A stretch of 64,000 bases of DNA from a virus (IMGVR_UViG_3300031949_000018:1-64000); one strand, 5' to 3'; positions 6,657 through 16,760 are shown, counted from the stretch's first letter. Notes: generated by a model not told the origin, from the sequence alone. Translations and numbers: made by a program.

Positions 6657-8177
6657 TTAGATGTTGGCCCCCATCGCCTTCGCTAACTTCACGATCTTCT
6701 CATCGAGAGGAGTCGTGTGGACCTCGACCTCCGGGTTGGTGTGGGTCTTGATGATTTCACCGAAGGCGCTCCAAAGCTTGTCCTGAGGTGTCTCGACACC
6801 GACCTTATCGGCGAGGAGCTCGAGGTGCTTCTTCATCCCGAATGCCTGGACGGTGAGGTCCTGCGCGTCGATCGTCTCTGTACCCCTCTGGAGCATGGCC
6901 AACTTTGCCCGCTCGACGACCTCTCGGATGCTTGCCGGCACCTGTCCAGCGAGCATCTTGCCTGCCTCGGCCAGGTTCTCCTTGTGGGAGAGTAGGATCC
7001 CGGCGTACTTTCGTACGAGGGACTCAGCCGTCGCGGCATCTGGGCGCTCAAGGCTGATGATCGCGTCGAAGCGACCCGGCCGCAAGAGTGCCCTGTCGAT
7101 CTTGTCGACGTGGTTGGTGGTTACCACCACCATGATCTCGTTGGTCTTGGTATCCACGCCGTCGAGGGTGTTGATCAGCTGGTTGACCTCCTCGTTCTCG
7201 CGGTCGGCGTTCCTGTCGATGTCCTCGGTGAAGATCACCATCGGCTGGATCGTCTTGGAATACCTGAGGGCCGCGTCGAGGCCGCTCGCCCGGTTCAGCA
7301 TGATGAACCCCCAGCCGTTGTCGACTGCCACCTTAGCGGTAACCCTGGCGGTCAGGGACTTGCCAGTTCCGTAGGGACCCTCCATGAGGATACCGCGCTT
7401 GAGGGGAATCTTGTTGAGCCGGCACTTCTCAGTGTTCTCGAGTGGGCTGAAGATGTTAACGTTGATCAGCTCGGCCACCAGGGCTGGGTGGATCATGTCG
7501 GTCTTCAACACACGCTCGACGTCGAGGAACTCCGGCTGGTCGGCCACGCTGAGCTGGCCCGTCTTCTCGTCGACGTTGATCTTGATGGCCTTGCCCTTGT
7601 AGATCGACTCCTCGGCGAGGATCTCCCTTGCCCTGGACGCTATCTCCACGAGACGGGCGCGGTCGGCCTTGTTGACCTTGCCGACGATGTAGGCGAAGTC
7701 GTGGTGAATGCCGAGCTCGAACTTAGCCACCGTGTTTGGCAGCTCGAGTTGGCCGATGGGAACCTGGATGACGTCGGTCTTCCTGATTCCAGTCTTGACG
7801 GTGAGGTACTGTGGGTTGCGCGGGCCGAACCACGTCATCTTCGTCGACGCCGTGACGATACCGTAGAGCTCCTGCATCGCCTTGTATATGGCGACGGCCG
7901 AGTCCCAGGGAAGGCCATGAACGATCTCGTTGACGTCGAATACCTGGGCATCCTCAGCCTTCTTACGGGTGAGGGCCGCGATGGCCGCGTCGTAACTCAT
8001 GTCGGTGGGATCACTCGGGAGAACGATCTTCTTACCGAATCTCTCGATGTCAGTGTCTATCGAGGTCCAGGCCTTGTCACGCTCCTTGTCGGTGACGCTC
8101 CCGAGTAGCTTCCTGAGGGCGTTGACTGTATCCATAGTCGTGTCTACTTCCACGACCTTTTGCTTCACTGCTGCCAT
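6657..8177 (-). CDS. Classical AAA+ ATPase with a novel N-terminal region
   Basis: Walker A GPYGTGKS, Walker B IFTEDID, SRH TTN..D.ALLRPGRFD. Confidence 0.9.
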   Translation of the reverse strand: MAAVKQKVVEVDTTMDTVNALRKLLGSVTDKERDKAWTSIDTDIERFGKKIVLPSDPTDMSYDAAIAALTRKKAEDAQVFDVNEIVHGLPWDSAVAIYKAMQELYGIVTASTKMTWFGPRNPQYLTVKTGIRKTDVIQVPIGQLELPNTVAKFELGIHHDFAYIVGKVNKADRARLVEIASRAREILAEESIYKGKAIKINVDEKTGQLSVADQPEFLDVERVLKTDMIHPALVAELINVNIFSPLENTEKCRLNKIPLKRGILMEGPYGTGKSLTARVTAKVAVDNGWGFIMLNRASGLDAALRYSKTIQPMVIFTEDIDRNADRENEEVNQLINTLDGVDTKTNEIMVVVTTNHVDKIDRALLRPGRFDAIISLERPDAATAESLVRKYAGILLSHKENLAEAGKMLAGQVPASIREVVERAKLAMLQRGTETIDAQDLTVQAFGMKKHLELLADKVGVETPQDKLWSAFGEIIKTHTNPEVEVHTTPLDEKIVKLAKAMGANI

Positions 8178-8257
8178 GAGTGGTCTCCATTAAAATTAGC
8201 GACTGGAACATTCCAGTCGCCAGACCCTGTATACCCAAAGCCGGTGGTTGTAAATAG

Positions 8258-8683
8258 CTAATTTTTTGTAGTGCGGGAGACGTACTGCCTGACGCGCATG
8301 ATTATCTTGCCGAGGTTGTTCTCACCCTCACCCTTGCAGACACCCCAGAACTGGTCGCCCCAGTAGTTCCCCTCGACGATCTCCTGGCCATCCGTGGCCA
8401 GGAGGAGGTTCTGCAGGTCAGGGTGCTGGGTGAATTTCTGGAGGACGAGATCCTCCATGATCCCGATGCGGGCGTCGATCCACCACGGGGCGGGCCTCAT
8501 GGTTTTCCCGTATTTCTTGGCATCCGACGCCGAGCACTTGGTGAAGGGCGTCCTCGACTCCTTGGGCCACTTGGAGGCCTGGTACGCGTTTTCTACGGAG
8601 GGATACTTGACTCCCTCGTAGGTCACTTCCGCCAGGTGAAAGTTTGACAGCCAGCGGTATTCGCCAAAGAAACCATCTATCAT
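8258..8683 (-). CDS. NADAR (YbiA-like) family protein
   Basis: LSNF, SVENAYQASK, KF.QHPDL..LL.T, D.FWG, GENNLG.I.M.VR. Confidence 0.9.
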   Translation of the reverse strand: MIDGFFGEYRWLSNFHLAEVTYEGVKYPSVENAYQASKWPKESRTPFTKCSASDAKKYGKTMRPAPWWIDARIGIMEDLVLQKFTQHPDLQNLLLATDGQEIVEGNYWGDQFWGVCKGEGENNLGKIIMRVRQYVSRTTKN

Positions 8684-9100
8684 TTTAACTCCTCTACTTT
8701 CTTGATGATGATAAAACCGCCCTTGGCCAGCTCAGAGTGAAGCCAAGTACCAACTTCTTTAGATTGAAGCTTCTTAACGGCGGGAACGAAGCCGGCAACT
8801 ATGGTGTATTCATATGTGATCTTGAGTTTCATTTCCACTCCTCTCAATTTCTGATGTGTACTTCACCCACGCTTCCCATCTCATGCGTTCATATTCTGGT
8901 GATAGGGCGTGGCGCTGGGCCAGGACGCACTGGGCTCGATATTCGACCAGTGCTGGAGGCAGAGGTGTCATTTCCATTCTCCTGAAAATTTTATCCAGAC
9001 GACGCGCTTCTCCTCCCGGACGTTGCCCTCCTTCTTGAAGCCCATCGACTCGTAGACCTTGATGAGCTCGAGGGCGCCTCTCTTGGAGAAGCACGATATC

Positions 9101-9388
9101 TCAAAGGTGTTTGCCATTATCGACCCAATTTTGAGCTTCTGAAGCAGTCTTAATGTCGGGTGAAACGCCGACGACTACAAATTCCTTTTCATTGAATAAG
9201 AATTTGTAGAATTTTAATTCAGCGCCTAGAAGATCAACCGCGATGAGGGTACCATTCTCATTTTTATCGATCACCTTGACGTCAAGATCTTTGAGAATTT
9301 TGTTCCAACCGACACGCTCAACAAATTCGCGCCGTTGTTCAAGATCACCGCAAGCTAAAAATTCTTTCGTCGTCAAAATGTTAGCCAT
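9101..9388 (-). CDS. Hypothetical protein (AT-richer)
   Basis: ORF track; composition differs from flanks. Confidence 0.55.
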   Translation of the reverse strand: MANILTTKEFLACGDLEQRREFVERVGWNKILKDLDVKVIDKNENGTLIAVDLLGAELKFYKFLFNEKEFVVVGVSPDIKTASEAQNWVDNGKHL

Positions 9389-9742
9389 GTTCCCATCCCG
9401 TGTAAGTTAATTTGGGTCCAATGTGAAAGCGCCGGCCGAAAAACCACAGGGTCGCGTAGACGTAGGTCCAGCGAACAATGAAGTGCAATCGACCGGGCCA
9501 GGTGTAGTTCACTTAACACTCCTCTCATACACAGACAGGATTGAGATTGTGCCTCGCAGTTCAATCTGCTGCCTTACCCATGTGAGAAACATATTGGGTC
9601 TCACATCGTTGTTGGTGTAGACAACTCGATCTTCGCCTATCATAAAAATTATTCGTAAGGTCTTCGTCATGTCTTCCTCCTCTCAAAGAGGTGCCGGCCT
9701 TGATAGCCCCTCAGGGTCGAAGGCCAACACCCATCTACGATG

Positions 9743-10666
9743 TTAAGCCGAAGCGAATTCCACCGCGCGGTTGAGTGCGATGTTCTTCTGCTTGGCACCG
9801 TATCCGTACCAGTTGGACTCCAGGCGATTGTCCTGGGTCTTCCCGTGTTCGTGGTCGAGGATGTAGGTGACCGCGTTGAAGGGCTGCCACCAGGAACCCT
9901 TGGCGAAGTTCGCCCCGGGTTGGGTCTCGACTACTTCCAGTGCTCGGGCGAAGTTCTTTGACTTCTCACCCTTGCCCTTGGCGTCTGACGTCCGTGGGAA
10001 CATCTCGTTGAAGTACTCCTGCATGGCCTCGACCGTGTAGGACTTGGAGGCTAGGAACTTCGCGGACTCCTTGTACTTTTCGAGTTGAACCCGGGCGATA
10101 CCCAGGGCTTCCTTCACCCGGTCGGGGTCGAACTTGACCCGGTGATCGAAGTTTACGATCTTCGTAGTCATCGGCATTACAAGTCCGTTGAGACAGACCA
10201 GGCGAAGTGCGATCTGAGCGACCGAGCAGCGCTGTCCGTACCGATGTGGGTTGGTGAAGAGAAGATAGTTTCCGATCACATCACCCTTGACAGCCTCGAA
10301 GCTGTCTTCCTTGATCCGGGCGAGGGCCCAGACCAATTCGCCATTCTTGAGGGAGCCCGCCGTCTGCATTTCCATGTCGCCGGCGGCTACGAAGTCGTTG
10401 AAGAATGCAAAGGCCTCGGCGTTCTGGACTGGGTTCCAGCCGGGAGATACGACTGACAAGACGTATCCATCGGACTCGCGAACCAGGCCCTTGCGTGGGA
10501 TCTGGACGCGCTTTTCCTTGATCACGATGTGGGCCTGCTTGATGACCACCTTCCAGTTGAGACCAGACTTCACGAGCATCTGCTCAGGGGTCAGGTCGTT
10601 GCTGATCGATGTTGAAATCCCTTTCCAGGGGATTGATACTGCTAGGGTCATGATATTCTCCTCCAT
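9743..10666 (-). CDS. DUF932 (phage/plasmid TIGR03299-like) protein
   Basis: SGLNWKV, PVQN.EAF.FF, TAGSL.NG..VW.LA, R.VC.NG, SWW..FNAVT. Confidence 0.85.
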   Translation of the reverse strand: MEENIMTLAVSIPWKGISTSISNDLTPEQMLVKSGLNWKVVIKQAHIVIKEKRVQIPRKGLVRESDGYVLSVVSPGWNPVQNAEAFAFFNDFVAAGDMEMQTAGSLKNGELVWALARIKEDSFEAVKGDVIGNYLLFTNPHRYGQRCSVAQIALRLVCLNGLVMPMTTKIVNFDHRVKFDPDRVKEALGIARVQLEKYKESAKFLASKSYTVEAMQEYFNEMFPRTSDAKGKGEKSKNFARALEVVETQPGANFAKGSWWQPFNAVTYILDHEHGKTQDNRLESNWYGYGAKQKNIALNRAVEFASA

Positions 10667-10724
10667 GAGAATTAAGTGGAGGGTGGCTTGATTGCCCCGT
10701 GGGGTCGAAGCCTCCCGGGGTTCT

Positions 10725-10931
10725 TTAGGCGTCTACGTGGATGGTCGCCGTGACCATCGTCGGCAACTTGCCACCGCTGCGCTGCAGCGACCGCTTCTTG
10801 ATGTAGAGCGTTCCAATCTCAGCTTCTGGGATGCTGAGTTGTTCACCCTTGTCGTTGACCTCCGCGAAGCGAACCGTGTTCTTGGTCTCGCGATCGAAGG
10901 CAAATCTTACGGTAAAGGTATTAAAGCTCAT
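10725..10931 (-). CDS. Small hypothetical protein
   Basis: GAGGAG RBS and upstream promoter. Confidence 0.65.
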   Translation of the reverse strand: MSFNTFTVRFAFDRETKNTVRFAEVNDKGEQLSIPEAEIGTLYIKKRSLQRSGGKLPTMVTATIHVDA

Positions 10932-10974
10932 TTCTCACTCCTCTGAGAAATCGGGAACATCCCGATTCTGTTCT

Positions 10975-11003
10975 TTTATATCATAAAGATGAACAGATGT
11001 CAA
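10975..11003 (-). promoter_or_regulatory. Sigma70-type early promoter
   Basis: TTGACA-N17-TATAAA. Confidence 0.7.
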
Positions 11004-11012
11004 TGGCTATTT

Positions 11013-11552
11013 TTAGCCATACAGGGTGGTCTTGCGACCGAACCCGAAGCTCACGAACGGGCCGTCCCGGCTCTCCGACACCTCGCGTTCTGGGGCCTGA
11101 CCCATCCACTGGGGCCTGGGGAACCTAGCGCTGAATACGTAGTCTGCCATCTCCTGTTGCCCGATCTCGACGGCACTCGGCCAGCGCGCCTTAACGTACG
11201 TAAAGTCGTTGGCGTACGAGACCAGGGTGTTGTACGTCCCGTCCTTGTCCTCTCCGTAGCCGGAGTACCAATAGGGATGGGCCACCTTGCCGACCGGGTT
11301 CCAGTCCCTGGCGTACACCTTGAACACGATGCGCAGGAGCTTTACCTTTTCCTTCTCTTTATAATCGAGGATCTGGCGGACCCTGGCCCTGGTCAACTCA
11401 AACTTGTCGGCGATCTCCTGGATCGACGCATCTTCGTCGAACATCTCGAGGATCTTCACGTTGCGATCAGGGCCGCCCTTAATTGGTCTACCCACCATCA
11501 CACATACTCCAGCAACATCATGGCAGCGAAGTCGTTGGCGTCTCGCTCCCAA
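11013..11552 (-). CDS. HTH (sigma70 region 4-like) domain protein
   Basis: SIQEIADKFELTRARVRQIL; start probably near 11500. Confidence 0.6.
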   Translation of the reverse strand: MGARRQRLRCHDVAGVCVMVGRPIKGGPDRNVKILEMFDEDASIQEIADKFELTRARVRQILDYKEKEKVKLLRIVFKVYARDWNPVGKVAHPYWYSGYGEDKDGTYNTLVSYANDFTYVKARWPSAVEIGQQEMADYVFSARFPRPQWMGQAPEREVSESRDGPFVSFGFGRKTTLYG

Positions 11553-12022
11553 GGGAGGTTGTAGTAGTCCTCATCGGTAAAGACGTCGCACTGGACTGCC
11601 TTACCAAGATGGAACCCAATATATTTTCCGTAGAAACCTAGGTGAACGAATGCGTGCACGTTGCCAAATCCACTGCGCCTCTGCCAAGCGTGTCTCATCT
11701 CATGAAAGAAGAGAAACAATGGATTCCTCTCTCCGTGGAGGTTCTTGTTCTTTAAGTTGATCTCCAATATGTACCCACCACCGTTGAGATGGTTGCACAC
11801 CGACTCGCCGTCGCAATACACGACGCGAGGGAAATACGTGAAGCGATTGTCGAGCGCCTGATTAAGATCACCCCAGACGGCCTCGAATCGTTGCTGCGCC
11901 TTGACCGCGGTCTTGTTCCAAGGGAACCATCGGGCCTCGTCGTACTCCTTGGCACTCTTCCTAGAGAATAGGAAACCGTCTTCTTCACTTACGCCTAGCG
12001 CTACTATAACAGCCTTGTCCAT
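11498..12022 (-). CDS. Zincin-like metallopeptidase
   Basis: HEMRH plus downstream LPWE.DA. Confidence 0.7.
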   Translation of the reverse strand: MDKAVIVALGVSEEDGFLFSRKSAKEYDEARWFPWNKTAVKAQQRFEAVWGDLNQALDNRFTYFPRVVYCDGESVCNHLNGGGYILEINLKNKNLHGERNPLFLFFHEMRHAWQRRSGFGNVHAFVHLGFYGKYIGFHLGKAVQCDVFTDEDYYNLPWERDANDFAAMMLLEYV

Positions 12023-12085
12023 GACAATCTCCGTGAAAAAGTTGGGTGGTTTAGGGACATACCCAGGTCCTACTCACTACGCTTA

Positions 12086-12487
12086 CTAACTAAGTGACAC
12101 GTCGCGGGATGTCAACTCCAACTGCCCTTCCTTGCGCAAATGGTAGAGCAAGGCAGGTACACCGGACTTACTGTATCCGACGCGCCCGATCTCCTCGATA
12201 AGGCGCTTCTTTGCCATGCTGCCGCCGTTTGAACGGATGGCGGCCATGACGTGCTCAGTCATCGTCTTGCCAGACGGATCATGGAAATGCTTTCCAATCT
12301 TCGTCTTCTTCGTCTTTGGTGGTTGGTCGTCGGTGGCCAAGGTTTCAACCGAGCGCTTGGTGGTCGGTGCAGCCGGCCCCCCTTCGATCTGCTGGGTCAC
12401 GCTGTAACCGGCGGCCAGAAGCTTATCCACGTGCGATAAGATATCTTTGTCTGAAAGTTCACACGTGATTGAGATGATTCGCTTCAT
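12086..12487 (-). CDS. Putative wHTH DNA-binding protein (paralog of 32945-33334)
   Basis: Shared architecture and HF.(D/H)P.G motif. Confidence 0.65.
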   Translation of the reverse strand: MKRIISITCELSDKDILSHVDKLLAAGYSVTQQIEGGPAAPTTKRSVETLATDDQPPKTKKTKIGKHFHDPSGKTMTEHVMAAIRSNGGSMAKKRLIEEIGRVGYSKSGVPALLYHLRKEGQLELTSRDVSLS

Positions 12488-12566
12488 GTAGTCCTCCTAT
12501 TATATGACACATCATGTGCCACAGCAATACTATACTACAAGGAGGCAGTATTGTATATAGCCAGTA

Positions 12567-13073
12567 CTAGTAGGTTATTTTTTTCCGGGCCCAGTGTTCA
12601 CCTTTGTGAAGGGCGTCGATCCACCGTATGACGAGACCCATCGCCCGCCCGTGGGCCTCTATCTCCCATGGCAGGTCCCAATAGCTCATGGTCTTGGCAT
12701 CGAACTTTTCGTTCATAAAGAAGTAAATGTCGTCGCCGCGCATGTCCGGGTGGTATTCTCCCAGCGTCCACTGCTTGACGTGAACCAATTCATGGGCTAT
12801 CGTATGTATGATGGAGAGGAATGGAAATGAAGTATCGACGTCCATGGTGAATTCCCGCCCCATGTAGTGCTTGTCCTCCCAAATCGCGAGTCCGTAGGAA
12901 CCATCCCTCTCGTATAGCTTGGAATCAAACCTGATCGTAAGCTCGAGGTTCTTCATGACCCGCTTAGAGATGAAGCGCGCCATGACCCAGCGGGAAAACT
13001 CCTTCACGAGCTTGAGCTCTTCCCCACTTAGTGCCCGCTTACCGTCGTTCCTGCTCCTGAGATGAACCTTCAT
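12567..13073 (-). CDS. Zincin-like metallopeptidase
   Basis: AHELVHVKQ plus LPWEIEA. Confidence 0.8.
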   Translation of the reverse strand: MKVHLRSRNDGKRALSGEELKLVKEFSRWVMARFISKRVMKNLELTIRFDSKLYERDGSYGLAIWEDKHYMGREFTMDVDTSFPFLSIIHTIAHELVHVKQWTLGEYHPDMRGDDIYFFMNEKFDAKTMSYWDLPWEIEAHGRAMGLVIRWIDALHKGEHWARKKITY

Positions 13074-13101
13074 GTCGCGACCCCATGATCTATTTATGGC
13101 A

Positions 13102-14493
13102 TCACCTGAGATTCTTGAGTCGGTTCTTCATCTCCTCCGATGCCTTGTTCCTCACCTGCGACTCGGGGGTCTTCTCGCCGGGCTCCCTGGCCAGATCCCT
13201 CTGGGCGGACTCCTCCAGATTATAGAGGCGCATCCGGCTCTTATCCACTCCAACTACAAACCTCCGATACTTGGCCGGGTCGTCGAACCTGTTCTTGAGC
13301 TGCTTGAAGAGGAGCTGGCCCAGCTTCTCCAGTTCCTCGGAGCTCATGGCCGCGTACATGAAGTCCGCGGTGAACGGGAGTCCGATCGACTCGCTGGTGT
13401 CTGTCATCTCCACGTCGGAGGCGGACATCCCGCTTCTGGTCGTCTGGGTGGCGGTGACCACCGGGACCTTGTGTTCCACGGCCAGGCCCCTGAGTTCCTC
13501 GGCGATCGCCTTGATGATCGTGTAGCTGTTGGCACCCATGGCGGCCTTGATCCTCGAGCTGGCGCAGATGTTGATGTAGTCCACGTAGATGATGTCGGGC
13601 CGAAAGTTCTTCTTGATCTTGAGTTCCTTGATGAGGGCCCGAAAGTGACCGACGTGCGCCCCGGCCGTGGGGTACTCCTTGATGATGAGCTTTCCCGCCG
13701 TGCGCTCCCTGACCTTGGCCACCTTCCTGTCGTAGACGTCCTTTGGCAGTTGGATAAGTTCCTCGAGCTTGGTATCGAGAAGGTTGGCGTCGATTCTTTC
13801 GGCGATCTTCTCCTCCGCCATCTCCATCGTGATGTAGAGGACGTTCTTCCCGTCCATCATGTTGTGGGCGGCCTGGTGGCCCATGATGAGCGTCTTGCCC
13901 ACACCGGTCCCCGCCAGGATGACAGTCAAGGTCTTCTTCGGGATACCGCCCTTGGTTATGATGTTGAAGAATTCGATGTCGAACGGGACGCGCTCTTCCT
14001 TCGAGTGATAGAAGTCGAACCGACGGTCGGAGTCGTTGAGGTAGTCGTGTCCGACATGCTCGTCGAAACCGACCGACAGGGCGTCGGCAAGCATGTCCGG
14101 GATCGAGTCTGGGAGTTGATTCTTGTCCCCGTTCTCGATTATCATCGACGCGGCGATCAGTGCGATGTATATCGCCTTGTCCTTACAGAACTTCTCGGTC
14201 CGTTCGAGCAGGTATGTGTAGTCGGTGGTCTCCGGCGTCATCTCGTCGATGATGACCTTGGCCGACCGGAACGTGGGTTCCTTCAACCCGTTCTTCTGCT
14301 TAAGGTCGATATGGAGGGCCTCCTTCGTCGGAGGCGCCCCGTACTTCTGGAAATAGTCGTTGATGATCTCGAACACACTCTTTTCCGGTTCGTCAGAGAA
14401 GTATTCCGCCTTGATGTGCGGCAGCACCTTCCTGGCGTACGGCTCGTTGAACACGAGGTGGGACAGTATCGTCTTCTGTATCGTGAAGTCCAT
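13102..14493 (-). CDS. 41: Replicative DNA helicase (T4 gp41)
   Basis: AGTGVGKT, YITMEMAE, DYINI, KQLKNR. Confidence 0.95.
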   Translation of the reverse strand: MDFTIQKTILSHLVFNEPYARKVLPHIKAEYFSDEPEKSVFEIINDYFQKYGAPPTKEALHIDLKQKNGLKEPTFRSAKVIIDEMTPETTDYTYLLERTEKFCKDKAIYIALIAASMIIENGDKNQLPDSIPDMLADALSVGFDEHVGHDYLNDSDRRFDFYHSKEERVPFDIEFFNIITKGGIPKKTLTVILAGTGVGKTLIMGHQAAHNMMDGKNVLYITMEMAEEKIAERIDANLLDTKLEELIQLPKDVYDRKVAKVRERTAGKLIIKEYPTAGAHVGHFRALIKELKIKKNFRPDIIYVDYINICASSRIKAAMGANSYTIIKAIAEELRGLAVEHKVPVVTATQTTRSGMSASDVEMTDTSESIGLPFTADFMYAAMSSEELEKLGQLLFKQLKNRFDDPAKYRRFVVGVDKSRMRLYNLEESAQRDLAREPGEKTPESQVRNKASEEMKNRLKNLR

Positions 14494-14509
14494 CCGGATC
14501 TCCGTTGTG

Positions 14510-14746
14510 TTACTTGGCTGACGGCCAGAGTACTACTGCCCGCTTGGTGCTGATTAGACTCTCGTCATCGCGCATCTCATCCTCGGAGAACACTTCTCCG
14601 ATCTCGTCGCGGTACATTAATGTTATCTCATCCGAGGCGTCGTAGATGAGTGGGGTATCGTCGACCGATGCCAGCATGACCACAGCATCGTCATCATACT
14701 TATTCAGTATAGTCTTGAGGCGGGCTACAGTTAAGAACCATCCCAT
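14510..14746 (-). CDS. Hypothetical protein
   Basis: ORF between 41 and uvsX. Confidence 0.6.
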   Translation of the reverse strand: MGWFLTVARLKTILNKYDDDAVVMLASVDDTPLIYDASDEITLMYRDEIGEVFSEDEMRDDESLISTKRAVVLWPSAK

Positions 14747-14921
14747 TACTATTCACCGTCCAGATATTTTTGGGCATCCCTGAGGACCCAAATAAGCCAT
14801 ACCCCAACCACTATGATCATGATTAAGATGAACCTGATGTCCTCAGGGTGTGTGTAGAGATTGAGTGCTAGGACAATTAGACCTGGTAGTCCGGTGATCA
14901 TCGAGACCACGTCTCTCCAGG

Positions 14922-15974
14922 TCACAGGGCCTCCACTTCCTGCCTAGAGGTGTCCTCTGGGGTGCCGTAGCTGTATTCAGCCTTGACTCCCTCGTTGATC
15001 TGGTCGAGCACCTCCTTAGTGAAGAAGCGCTCTGGGTCGTCATAGATCGTCTTGCCAAACTGCTTAGATCCGTCCGGCAACTCGTATCTAGTGCTCACCT
15101 TCTTAAAAACCCCGTAGCGCTCTGCCAGATCCAGCAGGCCATAGTACCTATCCAACCCGCCGGAATACGTCAACAGCACGTCCACTTGTTTATTTTCGCG
15201 AGAGAGTCGGCTTTTCCACATCTTGACGTGGATCACGTTGCCGATCACCTCATCGCCGACTTTCTCCTTGCGCTTGGACAGCATGGCGATCTGGTCAGCA
15301 GAGAACTTCAGGCCTCCACCTCCGGAGATTTCTTGGGTAGGGTACATCGACCCGATGGCGGCGTAGGTGTGGTTGGTGACCAGGATGGGAACCTTGGCCC
15401 TGGCTAATTTGAGACGGAGAACTCGGAACGCTGCACGGATGATCCCCGCCCGAGTCATGTCCTTCGTTTCCTTGCCCTCCGCCGTGTCCTCCATCTCCTT
15501 TGAGGTGGAGAGCATTCCCAGGGAATCGAGTGCCATCATGAGTTTGGGGCGCTCGTTCACCGGGGTCTCGATGTACTTGTCAAGAAAGGTGATCGCCTTG
15601 AACCTGAACTCCTGAACCGTGGAAGGCTCGCCGATGATGACCCTGTCGATGTCGATGCCTCGGCCCAACATCATCTTCTTGGTCACCGCTGACTCGGTGT
15701 CATAGTAGAGAACGCCGCCTTCGGGATTGGCGTCGAGAAACGACTTGACGATCCCAAGGATGAAGAACGTCTTGCCGGTGCTCGTTTCACCCGCGAAGGC
15801 AATGGCCTTGTTGTCAGGGATCCCCCCGAACAGATCGGCGCTGAATACCGCGTTGAGGACATACGAGCCGGTGTCGATAAAGCCGCCGAACTCGGCGGCG
15901 GCCGTACCGTCTGATGCCATGGAGAGGTCCTCGTCCTTGAGGGCCTCCACCATGTTCTTGAAGAACTTAGACAA
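14922..15974 (-). CDS. uvsX: RecA-like recombinase UvsX (probable TTG start)
   Basis: AGETSTGKT, DSLGML, GGGGLKF, KSRLSREN. Confidence 0.95.
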   Translation of the reverse strand: MSKFFKNMVEALKDEDLSMASDGTAAAEFGGFIDTGSYVLNAVFSADLFGGIPDNKAIAFAGETSTGKTFFILGIVKSFLDANPEGGVLYYDTESAVTKKMMLGRGIDIDRVIIGEPSTVQEFRFKAITFLDKYIETPVNERPKLMMALDSLGMLSTSKEMEDTAEGKETKDMTRAGIIRAAFRVLRLKLARAKVPILVTNHTYAAIGSMYPTQEISGGGGLKFSADQIAMLSKRKEKVGDEVIGNVIHVKMWKSRLSRENKQVDVLLTYSGGLDRYYGLLDLAERYGVFKKVSTRYELPDGSKQFGKTIYDDPERFFTKEVLDQINEGVKAEYSYGTPEDTSRQEVEAL

Positions 15975-16293
15975 ACGGGAACTCCTTGCCCACGTCAAAC
16001 GTGTCTCTTTTCCAAGCATTTGAAGTTCTCAACATCACCACTTTCTTACGCCTATCTCCATAGCTCAGGCGCTTCGCGACATAGGATTCCGCGAACTTAT
16101 CATTAAGTGTCTTCGTTGTGAAGCGAAAGTGTGGTACGCCATTCACTTCTACCAAGGTACCCTTGTACAAACGCTGTTTGTTTCCTGACTGGAAATTGCC
16201 ATAGCCCTTCCACCAAACGCTGGCGCCTCTGTCATGCACCCATCTCTTTACTTGGCCGCCGGGCATAACTGCGTGTATTTTTTCATATTTCAT
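15967..16293 (-). CDS. Hypothetical protein
   Basis: ORF track; coupled to neighbours. Confidence 0.6.
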   Translation of the reverse strand: MKYEKIHAVMPGGQVKRWVHDRGASVWWKGYGNFQSGNKQRLYKGTLVEVNGVPHFRFTTKTLNDKFAESYVAKRLSYGDRRKKVVMLRTSNAWKRDTFDVGKEFPFV

Positions 16294-16298
16294 GATAA

Positions 16299-16760
16299 CT
16301 ATCTCGCATTCAATAACAATAGAGTAAGGTCTACGGCCTCGCCCACATCGTCGACGACGTATGTCGACATCTCATGAATGAAGGCATGGTCGTGAGCATT
16401 ACCAGTCTTCTCCATCAGGGTGACGATAGGCTTTCGCCAGGCATCCGCCCATCCGAACTCTACGCAGCTTCCTATAGATGCCTTGGTGGCGCCCCTGAAG
16501 TCTGCAAATATGACGTCGGAAGACAGGACGTCGTTCCGGTCGCGCCCAACGATTCCCTTTCCACTCGTCATTACGTTATCGTAACCCTTGGCCTTGAGTA
16601 GTTCACCCCTTGCCTCGAGCAGGAATATCTTTCCTCGCATCGGACTCAGCGCCTCGACACCCCTGTCCTTGAACAAGGTGACCATTCGCTCTCGCTCGTC
16701 AGTCGCCTGCTCGTATGTTAGTCCTGTGATCGGCCCGCACAGATATACTATTTTTGTCAT
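16299..16760 (-). CDS. Nucleoside 2-deoxyribosyltransferase/DNPH1-like N-glycosidase
   Basis: VYLCGPI, DRNDV.SSD.IFA, GSCVEFGWA..WRKPI. Confidence 0.8.
   Translation of the reverse strand: MTKIVYLCGPITGLTYEQATDERERMVTLFKDRGVEALSPMRGKIFLLEARGELLKAKGYDNVMTSGKGIVGRDRNDVLSSDVIFADFRGATKASIGSCVEFGWADAWRKPIVTLMEKTGNAHDHAFIHEMSTYVVDDVGEAVDLTLLLLNAR

Noticed and set aside
7110-8108. Long plus-strand ORFs (7110-8108, 13072-14553, 31793-32734, 56329-57312, 50717-51445 and others)
   Set aside because: Antisense shadows of well-supported minus-strand genes, expected with GC-rich codon bias; no motifs
14510-14746. gp40 by synteny
   Set aside because: No recognisable gp40 sequence similarity; left as hypothetical
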